From positions 1,620 through 65,619 of the forward strand of contig DFOX01000016.1 of the NCBI GenBank assembly GCA_002376945.1: DNA of 64,000 bases, given 5' to 3'. Position 1 is the first letter of the stretch. The number at the start of each line of letters is the position of its first letter. Of this stretch, positions 48,382 to 58,151 are shown piece by piece. Both the position numbers and the translations under genes were made by a program. Origin of the DNA: Patescibacteria group bacterium UBA3530. Its GTDB lineage: Bacteria; Patescibacteriota; Minisyncoccia; Phycocordibacterales; UBA2100. The notes below the pieces were generated by a model that had not been told where the DNA came from, searched no databases, and worked only from the letters and a program-made list of their open reading frames with translations.

Positions 48382-50097
48382 CTATTCGACCTCCACAGGA
48401 TAACCTCCTTTTGCGTATTCGGACTGCTCTCTCACGATCCACTCAAAGAAACTGCGCATTGCCGGTGCGGCACCTTGCAATGTTCCCGCAGGAGCTTTTT
48501 CAAGCACTACTGCGTATGCAAATTGAGGGTCATTTGCAGGCCAGAAACCAACTACCCAGGAATTCATGAATTCATTATTTCTTCCGAGCTGCGCTGTTCC
48601 CGTTTTTCCTGCAATCTGTATACCCGGAACATTGATTGCTGCTGCGGTACCATCTTCTGCGGCCGCCCGCATTCCTCGTCGCACCACTTGTAAGTATTCG
48701 TCCTTGACCCCCACTGATTTTTGCTTTTGCAGCGCAGAAGACACGAGATGTGGAGACACGAGATTCCCCCCATTTGCAATTGCTCCAATATATCGTACCG
48801 CTTGCACGGGGGTTACCAAAAATCCAAATTGTCCAATTGCCGTGTGATAGGTATTACCAATCAACCAAGGGTCATCCTCACCAAACACGACTCGCTTCCA
48901 AGAAGGTGTCGGCACTACACCGATACCCTCTCCTTCGAGCTCAATTCCCGTTGGAGTACCGAACCCAAAACGAGCTGCATACGCTGCTAATTTCTCAATA
49001 CCCAACCCCTCCTGCGCCTCAAATCCACCACCGACAGTATAGAAATATACATTTGAGGAAACCTTGAGCGCCTGAGCTGCATTAACCCATCCATGCGCCT
49101 TCCAATCTTTAAACACAGTGTAGTTTCCAGGAGCGTACGGGTTTGGAATTCGAATTTCTCCTGTTGAAAGAAAGGATGTTGTTGGAGTTACCAACTCTTC
49201 CTGCAACGCTGCTGCCGCAACATATGGCTTTACAATAGATCCGGGAGTATACTCCCCCAAGACTGCTCGATTGAGGAATGGTTGCCCATCACTATTCGTA
49301 TATCCTGCAATGCGCCTAGTATCAACACCATCGGTCATGACTTGGGAAGAGAACTCCGGATAGCTCGTCATAGCTAACACCTCTCCTGTGCGTACATCCA
49401 TAATAATGCCGGCTCCACCAACAAATCCCGCCTCGTTTGCACCATCTCGTATCGCCATATACAACTGTGTCTGCATGGAACTGTCAATGGTCAAAACTAT
49501 ATTCTCCCCATCAATTGGCTCCTGAATGACATTTGCCGATTGCACACGACTGAGCGCATCTACCTCAATGATACGAACGCCGTTTTCACCTCTGAGACGC
49601 TCGTCCAAACTGCGTTCAATACCGGACTTGCCAATATAGTCTGTCCGCCACCAATAGCCGCGCGTATCATGTTCCGGATATCCCACAAACCCAAGAAGTA
49701 ATGAATGTCCCGGAAGGTCCGTGTATTGTCGAAGTGAGTACATGTCGAGACCACTTTCGTTTTCAGTATTGGGAATGTTCCAGGCAAGTTCGTTTCCATA
49801 CCTATCATAAATAACACCACGTTCTGCAAACAAAACCTCGTGATCAAGTCTGTTATTCTGCGACAGTACGACAAATGCCTCTCCTTGAAGTATTTGAAGA
49901 CTCCACACTTTAGAGAGGAAAATGGCAAAAATGAGCATGGCAAATAGCCCAACTGCAATCGGGACCTTGCTTCTGATTGATCGCGCAACACGTCCTTCAA
50001 ACTGATTAGTGTCAAATGAAGGCAGGTTAAAGGCATCCAACAACACTTCATCTGGATCAATAGATCGTTGCATTACCCGTCGTCGTTTCCTGCGCAT
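48382..50097 (-). CDS. mrdA: Penicillin-binding protein 2 (elongation transpeptidase MrdA-like)
   Basis: TM anchor, 'SIVKP' SxxK, and 'KTGTAQ' motifs. It is co-oriented directly after mreBCD. Confidence 0.85.
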   Translation of the reverse strand: MRRKRRRVMQRSIDPDEVLLDAFNLPSFDTNQFEGRVARSIRSKVPIAVGLFAMLIFAIFLSKVWSLQILQGEAFVVLSQNNRLDHEVLFAERGVIYDRYGNELAWNIPNTENESGLDMYSLRQYTDLPGHSLLLGFVGYPEHDTRGYWWRTDYIGKSGIERSLDERLRGENGVRIIEVDALSRVQSANVIQEPIDGENIVLTIDSSMQTQLYMAIRDGANEAGFVGGAGIIMDVRTGEVLAMTSYPEFSSQVMTDGVDTRRIAGYTNSDGQPFLNRAVLGEYTPGSIVKPYVAAAALQEELVTPTTSFLSTGEIRIPNPYAPGNYTVFKDWKAHGWVNAAQALKVSSNVYFYTVGGGFEAQEGLGIEKLAAYAARFGFGTPTGIELEGEGIGVVPTPSWKRVVFGEDDPWLIGNTYHTAIGQFGFLVTPVQAVRYIGAIANGGNLVSPHLVSSALQKQKSVGVKDEYLQVVRRGMRAAAEDGTAAAINVPGIQIAGKTGTAQLGRNNEFMNSWVVGFWPANDPQFAYAVVLEKAPAGTLQGAAPAMRSFFEWIVREQSEYAKGGYPVEVE

Positions 50098-50114
50098 GCA
50101 AACAGCTTATCATT

Positions 50115-50375
50115 CTATGAAGCCCAGAGCACACGTTCTCGTAGGAACTCTACGACGATTGTAGTGATTAAGAACACGATTGTATAAAACCCAACATACA
50201 GCCAATAAGTCCCAAGCGCTGCAAAGACCAAATCAAGCAACACGCCGGTGAACATGACAATGTATGAGCGTTTTGCGATGAGTGCGACAATGCCCGAAAA
50301 CATAAAGAGCCACCACAGACCTCCAATGATACTACTTGTCAACAACCCGAGAGAAAATGCGTAAAGATATTTCAT
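50115..50375 (-). CDS. mreD: Small 3-TM membrane protein (MreD-like by position)
   Basis: 86 aa, all hydrophobic helices, lying between mreC and the PBP2 gene. The assignment rests on position only. Confidence 0.4.
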   Translation of the reverse strand: MKYLYAFSLGLLTSSIIGGLWWLFMFSGIVALIAKRSYIVMFTGVLLDLVFAALGTYWLYVGFYTIVFLITTIVVEFLRERVLWAS

Positions 50376-51160
50376 AATGATTGAACGGTTACGAACCGCA
50401 CGGTCTGCAAATTCACCGGGACACGTACCTGTATCGTTTGGAAGGCATCGGTCGGTTGCGTTGTGATATTTCCCACGTACCCAATTATGGCACTATCTGC
50501 ACTGGGCAATACCACGGGGTCACCTACATACACGGGTACGTCGCGCGGCACCGCACCCTTAAAATTACCAAGACCAATCCCATCCAACACCACCGGAGAA
50601 ACTGTTTCCTCGTTAATTATCTGAGCTTCGATTCTATTCATCGGTGCTGAAAGCAATTGTATAATCGCAGTATTTTCGGTAATGCGCATAACAGTCCCGA
50701 TCAAAGCTCCATATTCTGCAAATACCGCGTCCCCCGTGGCGTACCCCTTGTTCTCAATGGCGAGCGTACCGTACGGAAACAGGGAAAGAGAGCTGCGTAC
50801 TGCAGAGACAGATCCCGTATCATCATTTGCACCCGCAAGATTTCGTAATGCGTCATTCTCTGATTGCAATATAACTTTTTGCAAGGCGTACCATTCAAGT
50901 TGCCGTACGCGTTCTTTGAGTGCATCCCTCTCCTGTATGAGCGCTTCTTTGTTCGCCACATATACGTACAATGGAGAAAGTGCTTGTCCAGCAGCGGCAT
51001 TAATTCCAAAGACGCCGACAGTTGATGGAGTGAGAAAATCACCAATCCGATTATTGGTAAGATAATTTACTGCAAACAGTATGGTTATACTAACAACAGA
51101 TAGGAGAAAGATTCGTCTCCTGATCGGAACCTTCTTTTTACTCGGTAGGTGAAAATTCAT
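50372..51160 (-). CDS. mreC: Rod shape-determining protein MreC
   Basis: N-terminal TM, a coiled-coil ('ERDALKERVRQLEWYALQK'), and C-terminal beta-domains. It overlaps mreB by 23 bp. Confidence 0.8.
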   Translation of the reverse strand: MNFHLPSKKKVPIRRRIFLLSVVSITILFAVNYLTNNRIGDFLTPSTVGVFGINAAAGQALSPLYVYVANKEALIQERDALKERVRQLEWYALQKVILQSENDALRNLAGANDDTGSVSAVRSSLSLFPYGTLAIENKGYATGDAVFAEYGALIGTVMRITENTAIIQLLSAPMNRIEAQIINEETVSPVVLDGIGLGNFKGAVPRDVPVYVGDPVVLPSADSAIIGYVGNITTQPTDAFQTIQVRVPVNLQTVRFVTVQSL

Positions 51161-52232
51161 GACTTTGTGTTATCAGCGCTTCGTGATATTTTGATAGATC
51201 TTCCAAAATCATTCCGGTTCCCTGTACCACTGCGGTAAGCGGATCATCCGGTACATATACCGGGACGCCCATATGCTCTCCAAGTAATTGCGAGAGTCCT
51301 CTGATAAGAGCGCCACCCCCTGCAAGATAAATCCCACGACGCATGACATCGGAAACTACTTCAGGTGGTGCAGTTTCGAGAACTTCTTTCACTGCATCAA
51401 CGAGTTGATCAACTGAGGCGGCAATTGCTTCTCGTATATCAGCATCAGTAATAATTACCTCTCTGGGAAGTCCGGTGACAAGATCACGTCCCCGAATAGT
51501 AGACTCAAGTGGTGTCTCTAAATCAAGTACGGATGCGGTGGCAATCTTTAACTCTTCTGCCGATTTCTTCCCAATCAGTATCTTAAATTCTCCCCGAATG
51601 TAGTTAATAATATCTTCATTAAGCTTATCCCCCGCAATGCGCACATTCTTTGCACTGACCAAACCGCCAAGCGAAATGATGCCAATATCGGTAGTTCCTC
51701 CCCCAATATCTATCACCATAGATCCCGAAGGTTCACTAACCGGGAGACGTATACCGATTGCCGCTGCCATCGGTTCTTCAACGATAAACACTTCTCGTGC
51801 TCCCGCATTCTTTGCAGCATCTTGTACGGCGCGAACTTGCACTGACGTAATGCCTGAGGGTACGCCAATAACAACTCGAGGTCCTAAAAAGCGAGTTTTT
51901 CCATCCTGCGCTTTTCGTATCAAATATCCGAGCATTTCTTCAGTAACCTCAAAGTCTGAAATGACTCCATCGACCAAGGGCTGTATCGCAACTACGTGCG
52001 CGGGAGTTCGTCCAAGCATATTCTTTGCATCTGCTCCAACTGCAACCACTTGCCCTGTTTTTTGATTAAGTGCAACCATTGATGGCTCGTTTAATACAAT
52101 TCCCTGCCCATTCACATATACCAAGGTATTCGCCGTTCCCAAATCAATTCCAATATCATCAGACACAAGATTTGAGAGCTTGTCTTTGATTGTATCTGTC
52201 CATCCGCGCACTCGATTCATATATCTATTCAT
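51138..52232 (-). CDS. mreB: Rod shape-determining protein MreB (actin homologue)
   Basis: 'IGIDLGTANTLVYV', 'VIDIGGGTTDI', and 'YLAGGGALIRGL' actin-fold phosphate and adenosine motifs. Confidence 0.95.
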   Translation of the reverse strand: MNRYMNRVRGWTDTIKDKLSNLVSDDIGIDLGTANTLVYVNGQGIVLNEPSMVALNQKTGQVVAVGADAKNMLGRTPAHVVAIQPLVDGVISDFEVTEEMLGYLIRKAQDGKTRFLGPRVVIGVPSGITSVQVRAVQDAAKNAGAREVFIVEEPMAAAIGIRLPVSEPSGSMVIDIGGGTTDIGIISLGGLVSAKNVRIAGDKLNEDIINYIRGEFKILIGKKSAEELKIATASVLDLETPLESTIRGRDLVTGLPREVIITDADIREAIAASVDQLVDAVKEVLETAPPEVVSDVMRRGIYLAGGGALIRGLSQLLGEHMGVPVYVPDDPLTAVVQGTGMILEDLSKYHEALITQSHEFSPTE

Positions 52233-53499
52233 TAAGGAGTTCTTGTTCGTGTATATATGATGAAATACCCGTCGCGCGCGCTATAACCTCATATTCACCT
52301 GATGCGAGTGTTTTTTCACTCACGATGATACGTTTTGGAATACCCAATAAATCTGCATCGGCAAATTTTTCACCAGCACGTGCTTCTCGATCGTCATACA
52401 GTACCGACATACCCCGAGATTCCATTTCTCTAAATAACCGTTCTGCCTCCCCGTGCACCTCTTCATTGTCATGGTCAAGCATAATCAAGTGATATGTAAA
52501 CGGTGCAATTTCTTCCGGCCACACCAACCCTTTTTCATCCGAAAGGATTTCTGCAACTGTCCCCATCACGCGAGCTGGGCCAATACCGTATGAACCCATA
52601 ATCACTGGAATCTTTTCCCCTTTCTCATTCTTGTAGGTAAGGCCGATGGCGTCAGAAAATTTTGTTCCGAGAGGGAATATATTGCCAACCTCAATAGCTT
52701 TTTCTTCGCGTAGCTCGACCCCCTCCCATCCAAGATCTTTAATGACCTCTTCGGTATGTACCTCTCTGTTGAGTGCGGTGCCTGTTTCATCATTGATATA
52801 GATACGGTCTTCTCCCGCATCTGAGATTGTTTGAAACTCATCACTAAACTTTGAAAACGATCCTCCACTGGCAAATGTGCGATATGTTTTGTCCCCAAGT
52901 CCAATACGCTCAAATATCCTTACATACGCCTCCGCGCACTGTTCATAGAACTCGCGGAACCCCTCCTCGTCCTTGTTAAATGAATAGAGGTCTTTCATCA
53001 CAAACTCACGAGTGCGCATAATTCCGCTCTTGGCACGAGTTTCGTTCCTGAATTTTGTTTGGAACTGATAGATAAACTTTGGAAGATCTTTGTATGAAGA
53101 TATGTGCTCCTTCAACAACTGTGTGAGGGGTTCTTCGTGAGTATTGGCGATACCCAATTCCGAACCTTGATGATAGTTATCTCCACTGTGTAAGTGTGTC
53201 TTAAACCACACATCAACCGCAGCATCATCCCACCGCCCGGACGCCTTCCATACCTTAGGATCCTGAAGTGCCGTCATGGTTATTTCTTGTCCTCCAATTG
53301 CATCCATCTCTTCTCGAATTATCTGCACAATATTGTTAAAGGTGCGTAAACCCAGTGGTAATAGCGTATACACTCCCGCCATCTCTTTGTGTATAAAACC
53401 TGCACGTATAAGTAACTGAGCATTTTTTGAAACCTCATCAGACGGAGCTTCTTTCCGTGTTTTGGTAAACAATTGTGACTGTCGTAGTGTGTTTGTCAT
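52225..53499 (-). CDS. proS: Prolyl-tRNA synthetase (short form without the large editing insertion)
   Basis: Class II motifs ('FRNETRAKSGIMRTREFVMKD', 'GSYGIGPARV') and a C-terminal anticodon-binding domain. 424 aa. Confidence 0.9.
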   Translation of the reverse strand: MTNTLRQSQLFTKTRKEAPSDEVSKNAQLLIRAGFIHKEMAGVYTLLPLGLRTFNNIVQIIREEMDAIGGQEITMTALQDPKVWKASGRWDDAAVDVWFKTHLHSGDNYHQGSELGIANTHEEPLTQLLKEHISSYKDLPKFIYQFQTKFRNETRAKSGIMRTREFVMKDLYSFNKDEEGFREFYEQCAEAYVRIFERIGLGDKTYRTFASGGSFSKFSDEFQTISDAGEDRIYINDETGTALNREVHTEEVIKDLGWEGVELREEKAIEVGNIFPLGTKFSDAIGLTYKNEKGEKIPVIMGSYGIGPARVMGTVAEILSDEKGLVWPEEIAPFTYHLIMLDHDNEEVHGEAERLFREMESRGMSVLYDDREARAGEKFADADLLGIPKRIIVSEKTLASGEYEVIARATGISSYIHEQELLNE

Positions 53500-53564
53500 A
53501 GTGTTCGAATAGTATCAGAAACGAGGATTTTTTCCAAAAATCTGATACACTGCATATAGGCGCA

Positions 53565-53600
53565 TCCCACACGTTCTCCCACGTTCTCCTTGATGTGGGA
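53565..53600 (-). promoter_or_regulatory. Inverted repeat enclosing a tandem 10-bp direct repeat in the proS upstream region
   Basis: tcccaca-[acgttctccc][acgttctcct]-tga-tgtggga. Two further hairpins follow at 53612..53634 and 53641..53666 (CCTCCAGC/GCTGGAGG). Confidence 0.35.
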
Positions 53601-53677
53601 ATGCGTTGGACGGGTGTCTCTCGTCAGAGACCCGCAACGACCTCCAGCGACTGATGTTGCTGGAGGTCACTTTACTA

Positions 53678-54775
53678 TCAAATCAATCGTACTATATCGT
53701 AGTACGTCACCACAATCATCAGGAGAATGATGAGAGAAAAACCAACCACATTCAAGAATGTCGCCACACCTTCATTGATAGGTTTTTGAGTAATTCCCTC
53801 AATGGCAACAAAGAGCAATCTCCCCCCATCTAGTGCAGGAAGTGGTATTAAATTAATAATTGCCAAGTTTATCGAAATGAAAGCAGTGAAGTACAACAGG
53901 TATATAAAACTTACCGAAGAGGCGTCTCCCACTAATCCTGCAATACCCACCGGTCCCGCAACTTGACTCCAATCTGCGGTACCCTTGGCGATTGATCCAA
54001 AGAATACCCCCAAACCGATGGTTACATTTTTTAACGAATACATGGTTTGAGAAAATCCTTTCACGATAGCGGGAACAAGCGAAAGTGACTGTTCAGCTAC
54101 CAGCGTCATCGCAATGCCAACCGCGGGAGTTCCCGGACTGCGTTCAAGAACACCGTGTACCGGTGTGAGTGCTACGGTACTCTCCTCTCCACTACGTATG
54201 TATGACAGTACTATTTCCTCTCCGGCATTTCTTTGTATAAACGCTGCGGTTTCGCTCGGAACCAATTCTTCAACAGCAGCATCACTGGTATACACTCCTA
54301 CAATTTCGTCTCCTGCAATTAAACCAACCGCGTTTGCCGGCGTACCTGCCATGACTGAGCTAATCACCAATTGTGTTTCCAACCCCTCTGCATCAGCTTC
54401 ATCAATTGAAGCCGGTGTTCCAATCATGAGCGTCGCTGAGAAAAGCACCCATGCAAACATAATATTAAAAACGACTCCTGCAACCAACACCGCGGCTTGA
54501 ATCCATTTAGATTTGTGTGTAAAAGCGACCTTAATTTCTTCTTCCGAGTATGTAATATCGTTCCGCTCACCAAATATTTTGACGAATCCGCCAAAGGGAA
54601 GCCAATTGAGTGTATATGTTGTATCACCTCGTCGACCCAGTGTGAATGCACGGGGAGGATAACCGACACCAAATTCATCCACACGAATACCGAATAGTTT
54701 TGCAACGAGAAAGTGTCCACATTCGTGAACAACGATAAGTATCACTAAGACACCAATAAAGAGTGCAAATGACAT
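53678..54775 (-). CDS. rseP: RIP metalloprotease RseP (site-2 protease, M50 with PDZ)
   Basis: 'IVVHECGHFLVAKL' HExxH and 'LIPLPALDGGRLL' LDG motifs, with a central PDZ-like region. Confidence 0.9.
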   Translation of the reverse strand: MSFALFIGVLVILIVVHECGHFLVAKLFGIRVDEFGVGYPPRAFTLGRRGDTTYTLNWLPFGGFVKIFGERNDITYSEEEIKVAFTHKSKWIQAAVLVAGVVFNIMFAWVLFSATLMIGTPASIDEADAEGLETQLVISSVMAGTPANAVGLIAGDEIVGVYTSDAAVEELVPSETAAFIQRNAGEEIVLSYIRSGEESTVALTPVHGVLERSPGTPAVGIAMTLVAEQSLSLVPAIVKGFSQTMYSLKNVTIGLGVFFGSIAKGTADWSQVAGPVGIAGLVGDASSVSFIYLLYFTAFISINLAIINLIPLPALDGGRLLFVAIEGITQKPINEGVATFLNVVGFSLIILLMIVVTYYDIVRLI

Positions 54776-54778
54776 AGA

Positions 54779-55327
54779 TTAATTTTGTATCTCCTCTTCT
54801 TTTCTGCTAAACAACTCCTCCAGAGCTTTATTGGCGGCATCGATATGTTTTTGGAGGTCATCTTTGTTTCTAAATTTTTCATCTTCACTCATCTCACCTT
54901 CTTTTTCTTGCGTCTGTATGACACTCCATACCTCTTCTCGTATACCCCGCAAACTTTGACGAGCGGCTTCGAGCTTCTCCTTCGCCATTTTGATAAGAGT
55001 ATCACGTCGCTCAGAAGTCAGTTCTGGAAATGAAACACGGATCCCCTTTTCATCCGTTGAGATTCCAACACCAAAATCCGCAGCGGTAATTGCTTTTTCA
55101 ATCTCCTTTACCTGTGCTCTATCCCAAGGAGTAATGCGTAGAGTCCGAGCATCTTCTACACCTATATTTGCAACTTGGTTCAGCGGTACTCGAGATCCAT
55201 AGCTCTCAACGTAAATCGAGTCTAACAGCGTTGGTGTTGCTCTTCCTGTGCGCAGTCCTGCATATTCTTTACGAAGCCATTCTTGTGTCTCGTCTATTCT
55301 TTGTTGTAATGGTGAAAAATCGTACAT
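54779..55327 (-). CDS. frr: Ribosome recycling factor
   Basis: 'TPTLLDSIYVESYGSRVPLNQVANI' and 'ISTDEKGIRVSFPELTSERRDTLIK'. Start at the internal M (MYDFSP). Confidence 0.9.
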   Translation of the reverse strand: MYDFSPLQQRIDETQEWLRKEYAGLRTGRATPTLLDSIYVESYGSRVPLNQVANIGVEDARTLRITPWDRAQVKEIEKAITAADFGVGISTDEKGIRVSFPELTSERRDTLIKMAKEKLEAARQSLRGIREEVWSVIQTQEKEGEMSEDEKFRNKDDLQKHIDAANKALEELFSRKEEEIQN

Positions 55328-55340
55328 GGTAATTAGTATA

Positions 55341-55976
55341 CTATCTAACTCTTGGTAGCGTAAGTGCAACACTCTCCAACAGTGTCTTAAGTGAAGCACC
55401 TTTGTTGTGCAACACTCTCCTCACTGCAAACAAATGCGTAATACTCGCATCCCGCTCACCTTTTTGATACACAACGGTCTCGATATCTTGCAAAAGCGCA
55501 TCAGCTGCTGCAATGTTCTTGTCTTTGATAATCTTGTCCAAAATATGCATTCGCTTTTTAGGTTGAGCTGCAAGAAAGACAGCACCCTCGTTTTCAACTT
55601 CACCAGATGAAGCTACGAGTACTTGTGAGCGTGATAGTAGTGTGGGTAAAATGTCACCCAACGTTGAAACGCACAAAAAGAAGTGTGTTCGCTCTGGGGG
55701 CTCTTCAAAAAGTTTTAGCAATGCATTTTGCGCTTCCGATGAAAATGTACGTATTTTGTATACGAATATCTGTATTCCAACAGATCGCATGTTGGCCAGC
55801 TGTATTAACTCGCGACTATCATCAATGCCTAAAGAATCGAGTTCACGAACATACAATTCTGCGTCGGCATGTACTTCTTGCAACACGCCCGGAAGCTGAG
55901 CGAAAATATTGTCATTATCTTCTATAAAATATGCGTGGTATGGTGCTTTTATTTTCAACGACTCGAGTGCATCCAT
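55341..55976 (-). CDS. holB: DNA polymerase III delta-prime-like clamp-loader subunit, truncated (no P-loop)
   Basis: 'LLKLFEEPPERTHFFLCVSTLGDILPTLLSRSQVL' matches the delta-prime/RFC box VII and sensor-2 region. The Walker A motif is absent. Confidence 0.55.
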   Translation of the reverse strand: MDALESLKIKAPYHAYFIEDNDNIFAQLPGVLQEVHADAELYVRELDSLGIDDSRELIQLANMRSVGIQIFVYKIRTFSSEAQNALLKLFEEPPERTHFFLCVSTLGDILPTLLSRSQVLVASSGEVENEGAVFLAAQPKKRMHILDKIIKDKNIAAADALLQDIETVVYQKGERDASITHLFAVRRVLHNKGASLKTLLESVALTLPRVR

Positions 55977-55977
55977 A

Positions 55978-56997
55978 TTATCTCTTTGAAAGAATCGCTT
56001 TTTTGTACACGTCCAAATGCTGTAAAGCGATTCCTGTTCCTTTTGCCACACTGTACAATGCGTCATCTGTCAACGCCGCTTTCACACCCGTTCGACGATA
56101 TACCAACTCGGGAAGGTTTCGCAACTGACTCGACCCTCCCGACATGATAATGCCGTTGTCGATAATATCAGCGGCAAGTTCCGGAGGGGTGTCCTGTAAC
56201 ACATCTCGTATCGCTTTCACAATTTCCCGAAGCTCTCTCCCGATTGCCTTCACCACCTCATTTGTTGAAAGCTCTACTGAACGAGGTAGGCCCGTGAGAT
56301 AGTCGCGTCCCTTGATGGTCATGACCAATTCTTCTTCAAGGGGTATTGCAGAACCTACGTGCACTTTTATCTCTTCCGCGGTTTTGTCTCCAATGGCTAA
56401 ATTAAATGTCTTCTTCACGTGCGCGGTAATTGCCTCGTCAATCCTATTCCCCGCACATTTCACAGAAGTTGAAGCAACAATGCCTCCCAGAGAAATCACC
56501 GCGACATCTGTCGTTCCTCCACCAATGTCTACAATCATGTGTCCTCGAGCTTCGTGAATGGGAATACCCGCCCCAATGGCGGCGAGAATAGGTTCTTTTA
56601 CCACTTGCGCCGTTTTTGCTCCTGCTTTTACCGCGGCAGTAATGACTGCTCGTCGTTCAGCTGAAGTTACCCCTGCGGGAACTGAAATCATCACATCAGG
56701 TTTAAAAATACTCCACCAGTGGGTTGCTTTGCGCATGTAGTATCGTAACATCGCTTCTGTTACGCGATAATCAGCAATAACTCCATCTTTCATGGGACGA
56801 TACGCGATAATATCTTCCGGAGTTCGTCCAATCATTTCCTTTGCTTCATCTCCCACAGCCAAGATTTTGTTCTCTTGTTCGGATACGGCTACCACCGAAG
56901 GTTCCCGAAGAACCACTCCGCGACCAGGTGCGTATATAAGTGTATACGTGGTTCCTAGATCAATTCCCAGTTTTGGTTTTGCTAAAAAATGCATCAT
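55978..56997 (-). CDS. Second MreB-like actin homologue (paralogue)
   Basis: 'LGIDLGTTYTLIYA', 'IVDIGGGTTDVAVI', and 'IIMSGGSSQLRNL'. Confidence 0.85.
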   Translation of the reverse strand: MMHFLAKPKLGIDLGTTYTLIYAPGRGVVLREPSVVAVSEQENKILAVGDEAKEMIGRTPEDIIAYRPMKDGVIADYRVTEAMLRYYMRKATHWWSIFKPDVMISVPAGVTSAERRAVITAAVKAGAKTAQVVKEPILAAIGAGIPIHEARGHMIVDIGGGTTDVAVISLGGIVASTSVKCAGNRIDEAITAHVKKTFNLAIGDKTAEEIKVHVGSAIPLEEELVMTIKGRDYLTGLPRSVELSTNEVVKAIGRELREIVKAIRDVLQDTPPELAADIIDNGIIMSGGSSQLRNLPELVYRRTGVKAALTDDALYSVAKGTGIALQHLDVYKKAILSKR

Positions 56998-57099
56998 GTG
57001 GATTGATTGTACTCTTATTATCTATCGCAAGCAAAAATGAGGGGCTTGAAAGAAATGTTCTATGGTGTCATACTGATACATTCCAAAAAGGAGGGTGTA

Positions 57100-57327
57100 A
57101 TGAAAAAATTGGAGGAACGAGAGCTAATTCTCGGCGAAACCGTTGAGCTAACCTCACTCGGCAAAATACATGTCGAAGATTTGGTGCATGAGCACTACGG
57201 CATTACAGGAGAAGCCGAGGTGGTTGTGCTGCAAAGCGAGGGAGAAACGCTCCAGTGTCGCCTTCTAGGACATGCCGATGATGGGCCTCAATTTATCCTT
57301 GGACCAACACAGTGGCGTCGAAAATAA
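57100..57327 (+). CDS. Small hypothetical protein
   Basis: ATG with an AAGGAGGGTG RBS and a terminator immediately downstream. 75 aa with no recognisable family. Confidence 0.4.
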   Translation: MKKLEERELILGETVELTSLGKIHVEDLVHEHYGITGEAEVVVLQSEGETLQCRLLGHADDGPQFILGPTQWRRK

Positions 57328-57344
57328 CACAACGTCACCATCGG

Positions 57345-57375
57345 GGCCCGGGCACACGTCCGGGTCTTTTCTTTG
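57345..57375 (+). terminator. Rho-independent terminator
   Basis: GGCCCGG-gcacacgt-CCGGGTC followed by TTTTCTTT. Confidence 0.55.
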
Positions 57376-57401
57376 GAAAATAAATTTGCTTTAATGCTCG
57401 C

Positions 57402-58151
57402 ATGTTTAGTGTGCGCATAAAGAAATATATTTTATATGTGGGCGGAGTGATTGCCGCTCTCGTGCTTCTCCTCGGTGCTTTGAGTCAAGCGGGATTTGTT
57501 GTCTCCGGCGCATATATTGTCAAAGGAGGAACGCTTACGATCACCTCTGCATATCCTGACAGTATTGTGTTTATCGATAATCGACAAGTAGGACGTGTGG
57601 CTGCTGATGGCACTTTTTCAAAATATCCAGTGAAGCCGGGTAAGCGATCAATAATACTCTCGCACACCACCTCATGGCCGTGGATGTACACCGTGAATAT
57701 GCAGTCTCGGAAGAACATTAGTATCGCCCCCCTTCAAATTACCAAAGATCCAATAAGATCTCTTCTTACCGCATCAGATGATCCGTTACTACTCTCTGCA
57801 AACAGTGCTCTCTCTGATTATCGAGAACCAACGAGACCACAACCTCTCGAGAGAAATCGGCGTTTGGTATGGGTTGAAGGCACAACCATTTACACACAGG
57901 AAAACGATACTGTCCGCAGCGTCATCTCTATCCAAAGTCCGATTACATCAGTGTTTTGGTATGGAGATCGTGAAGACGCGATCATTGTATCGGCCAGAAA
58001 TGCAGTATTTGCTCTTGATTTACGCTATGGTGGAGCACAAAACTACCTTCCGCTTTATACCGGCACCAAACCGCAAGCTGTAGCAGATCCAATACGTTCA
58101 AATATCATCTACGTAAAAGATGCGGGAGATATTTTCACTCTCGATATCTAA
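57402..58151 (+). CDS. Membrane-anchored protein with a PEGA-like domain, unknown function
   Basis: N-terminal TM ('ILYVGGVIAALVLLLGAL') and a PEGA-like 'IVFIDNRQVGRVAADGTFSKYPVKPGKRSIIL'. Confidence 0.5.
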   Translation: MFSVRIKKYILYVGGVIAALVLLLGALSQAGFVVSGAYIVKGGTLTITSAYPDSIVFIDNRQVGRVAADGTFSKYPVKPGKRSIILSHTTSWPWMYTVNMQSRKNISIAPLQITKDPIRSLLTASDDPLLLSANSALSDYREPTRPQPLERNRRLVWVEGTTIYTQENDTVRSVISIQSPITSVFWYGDREDAIIVSARNAVFALDLRYGGAQNYLPLYTGTKPQAVADPIRSNIIYVKDAGDIFTLDI

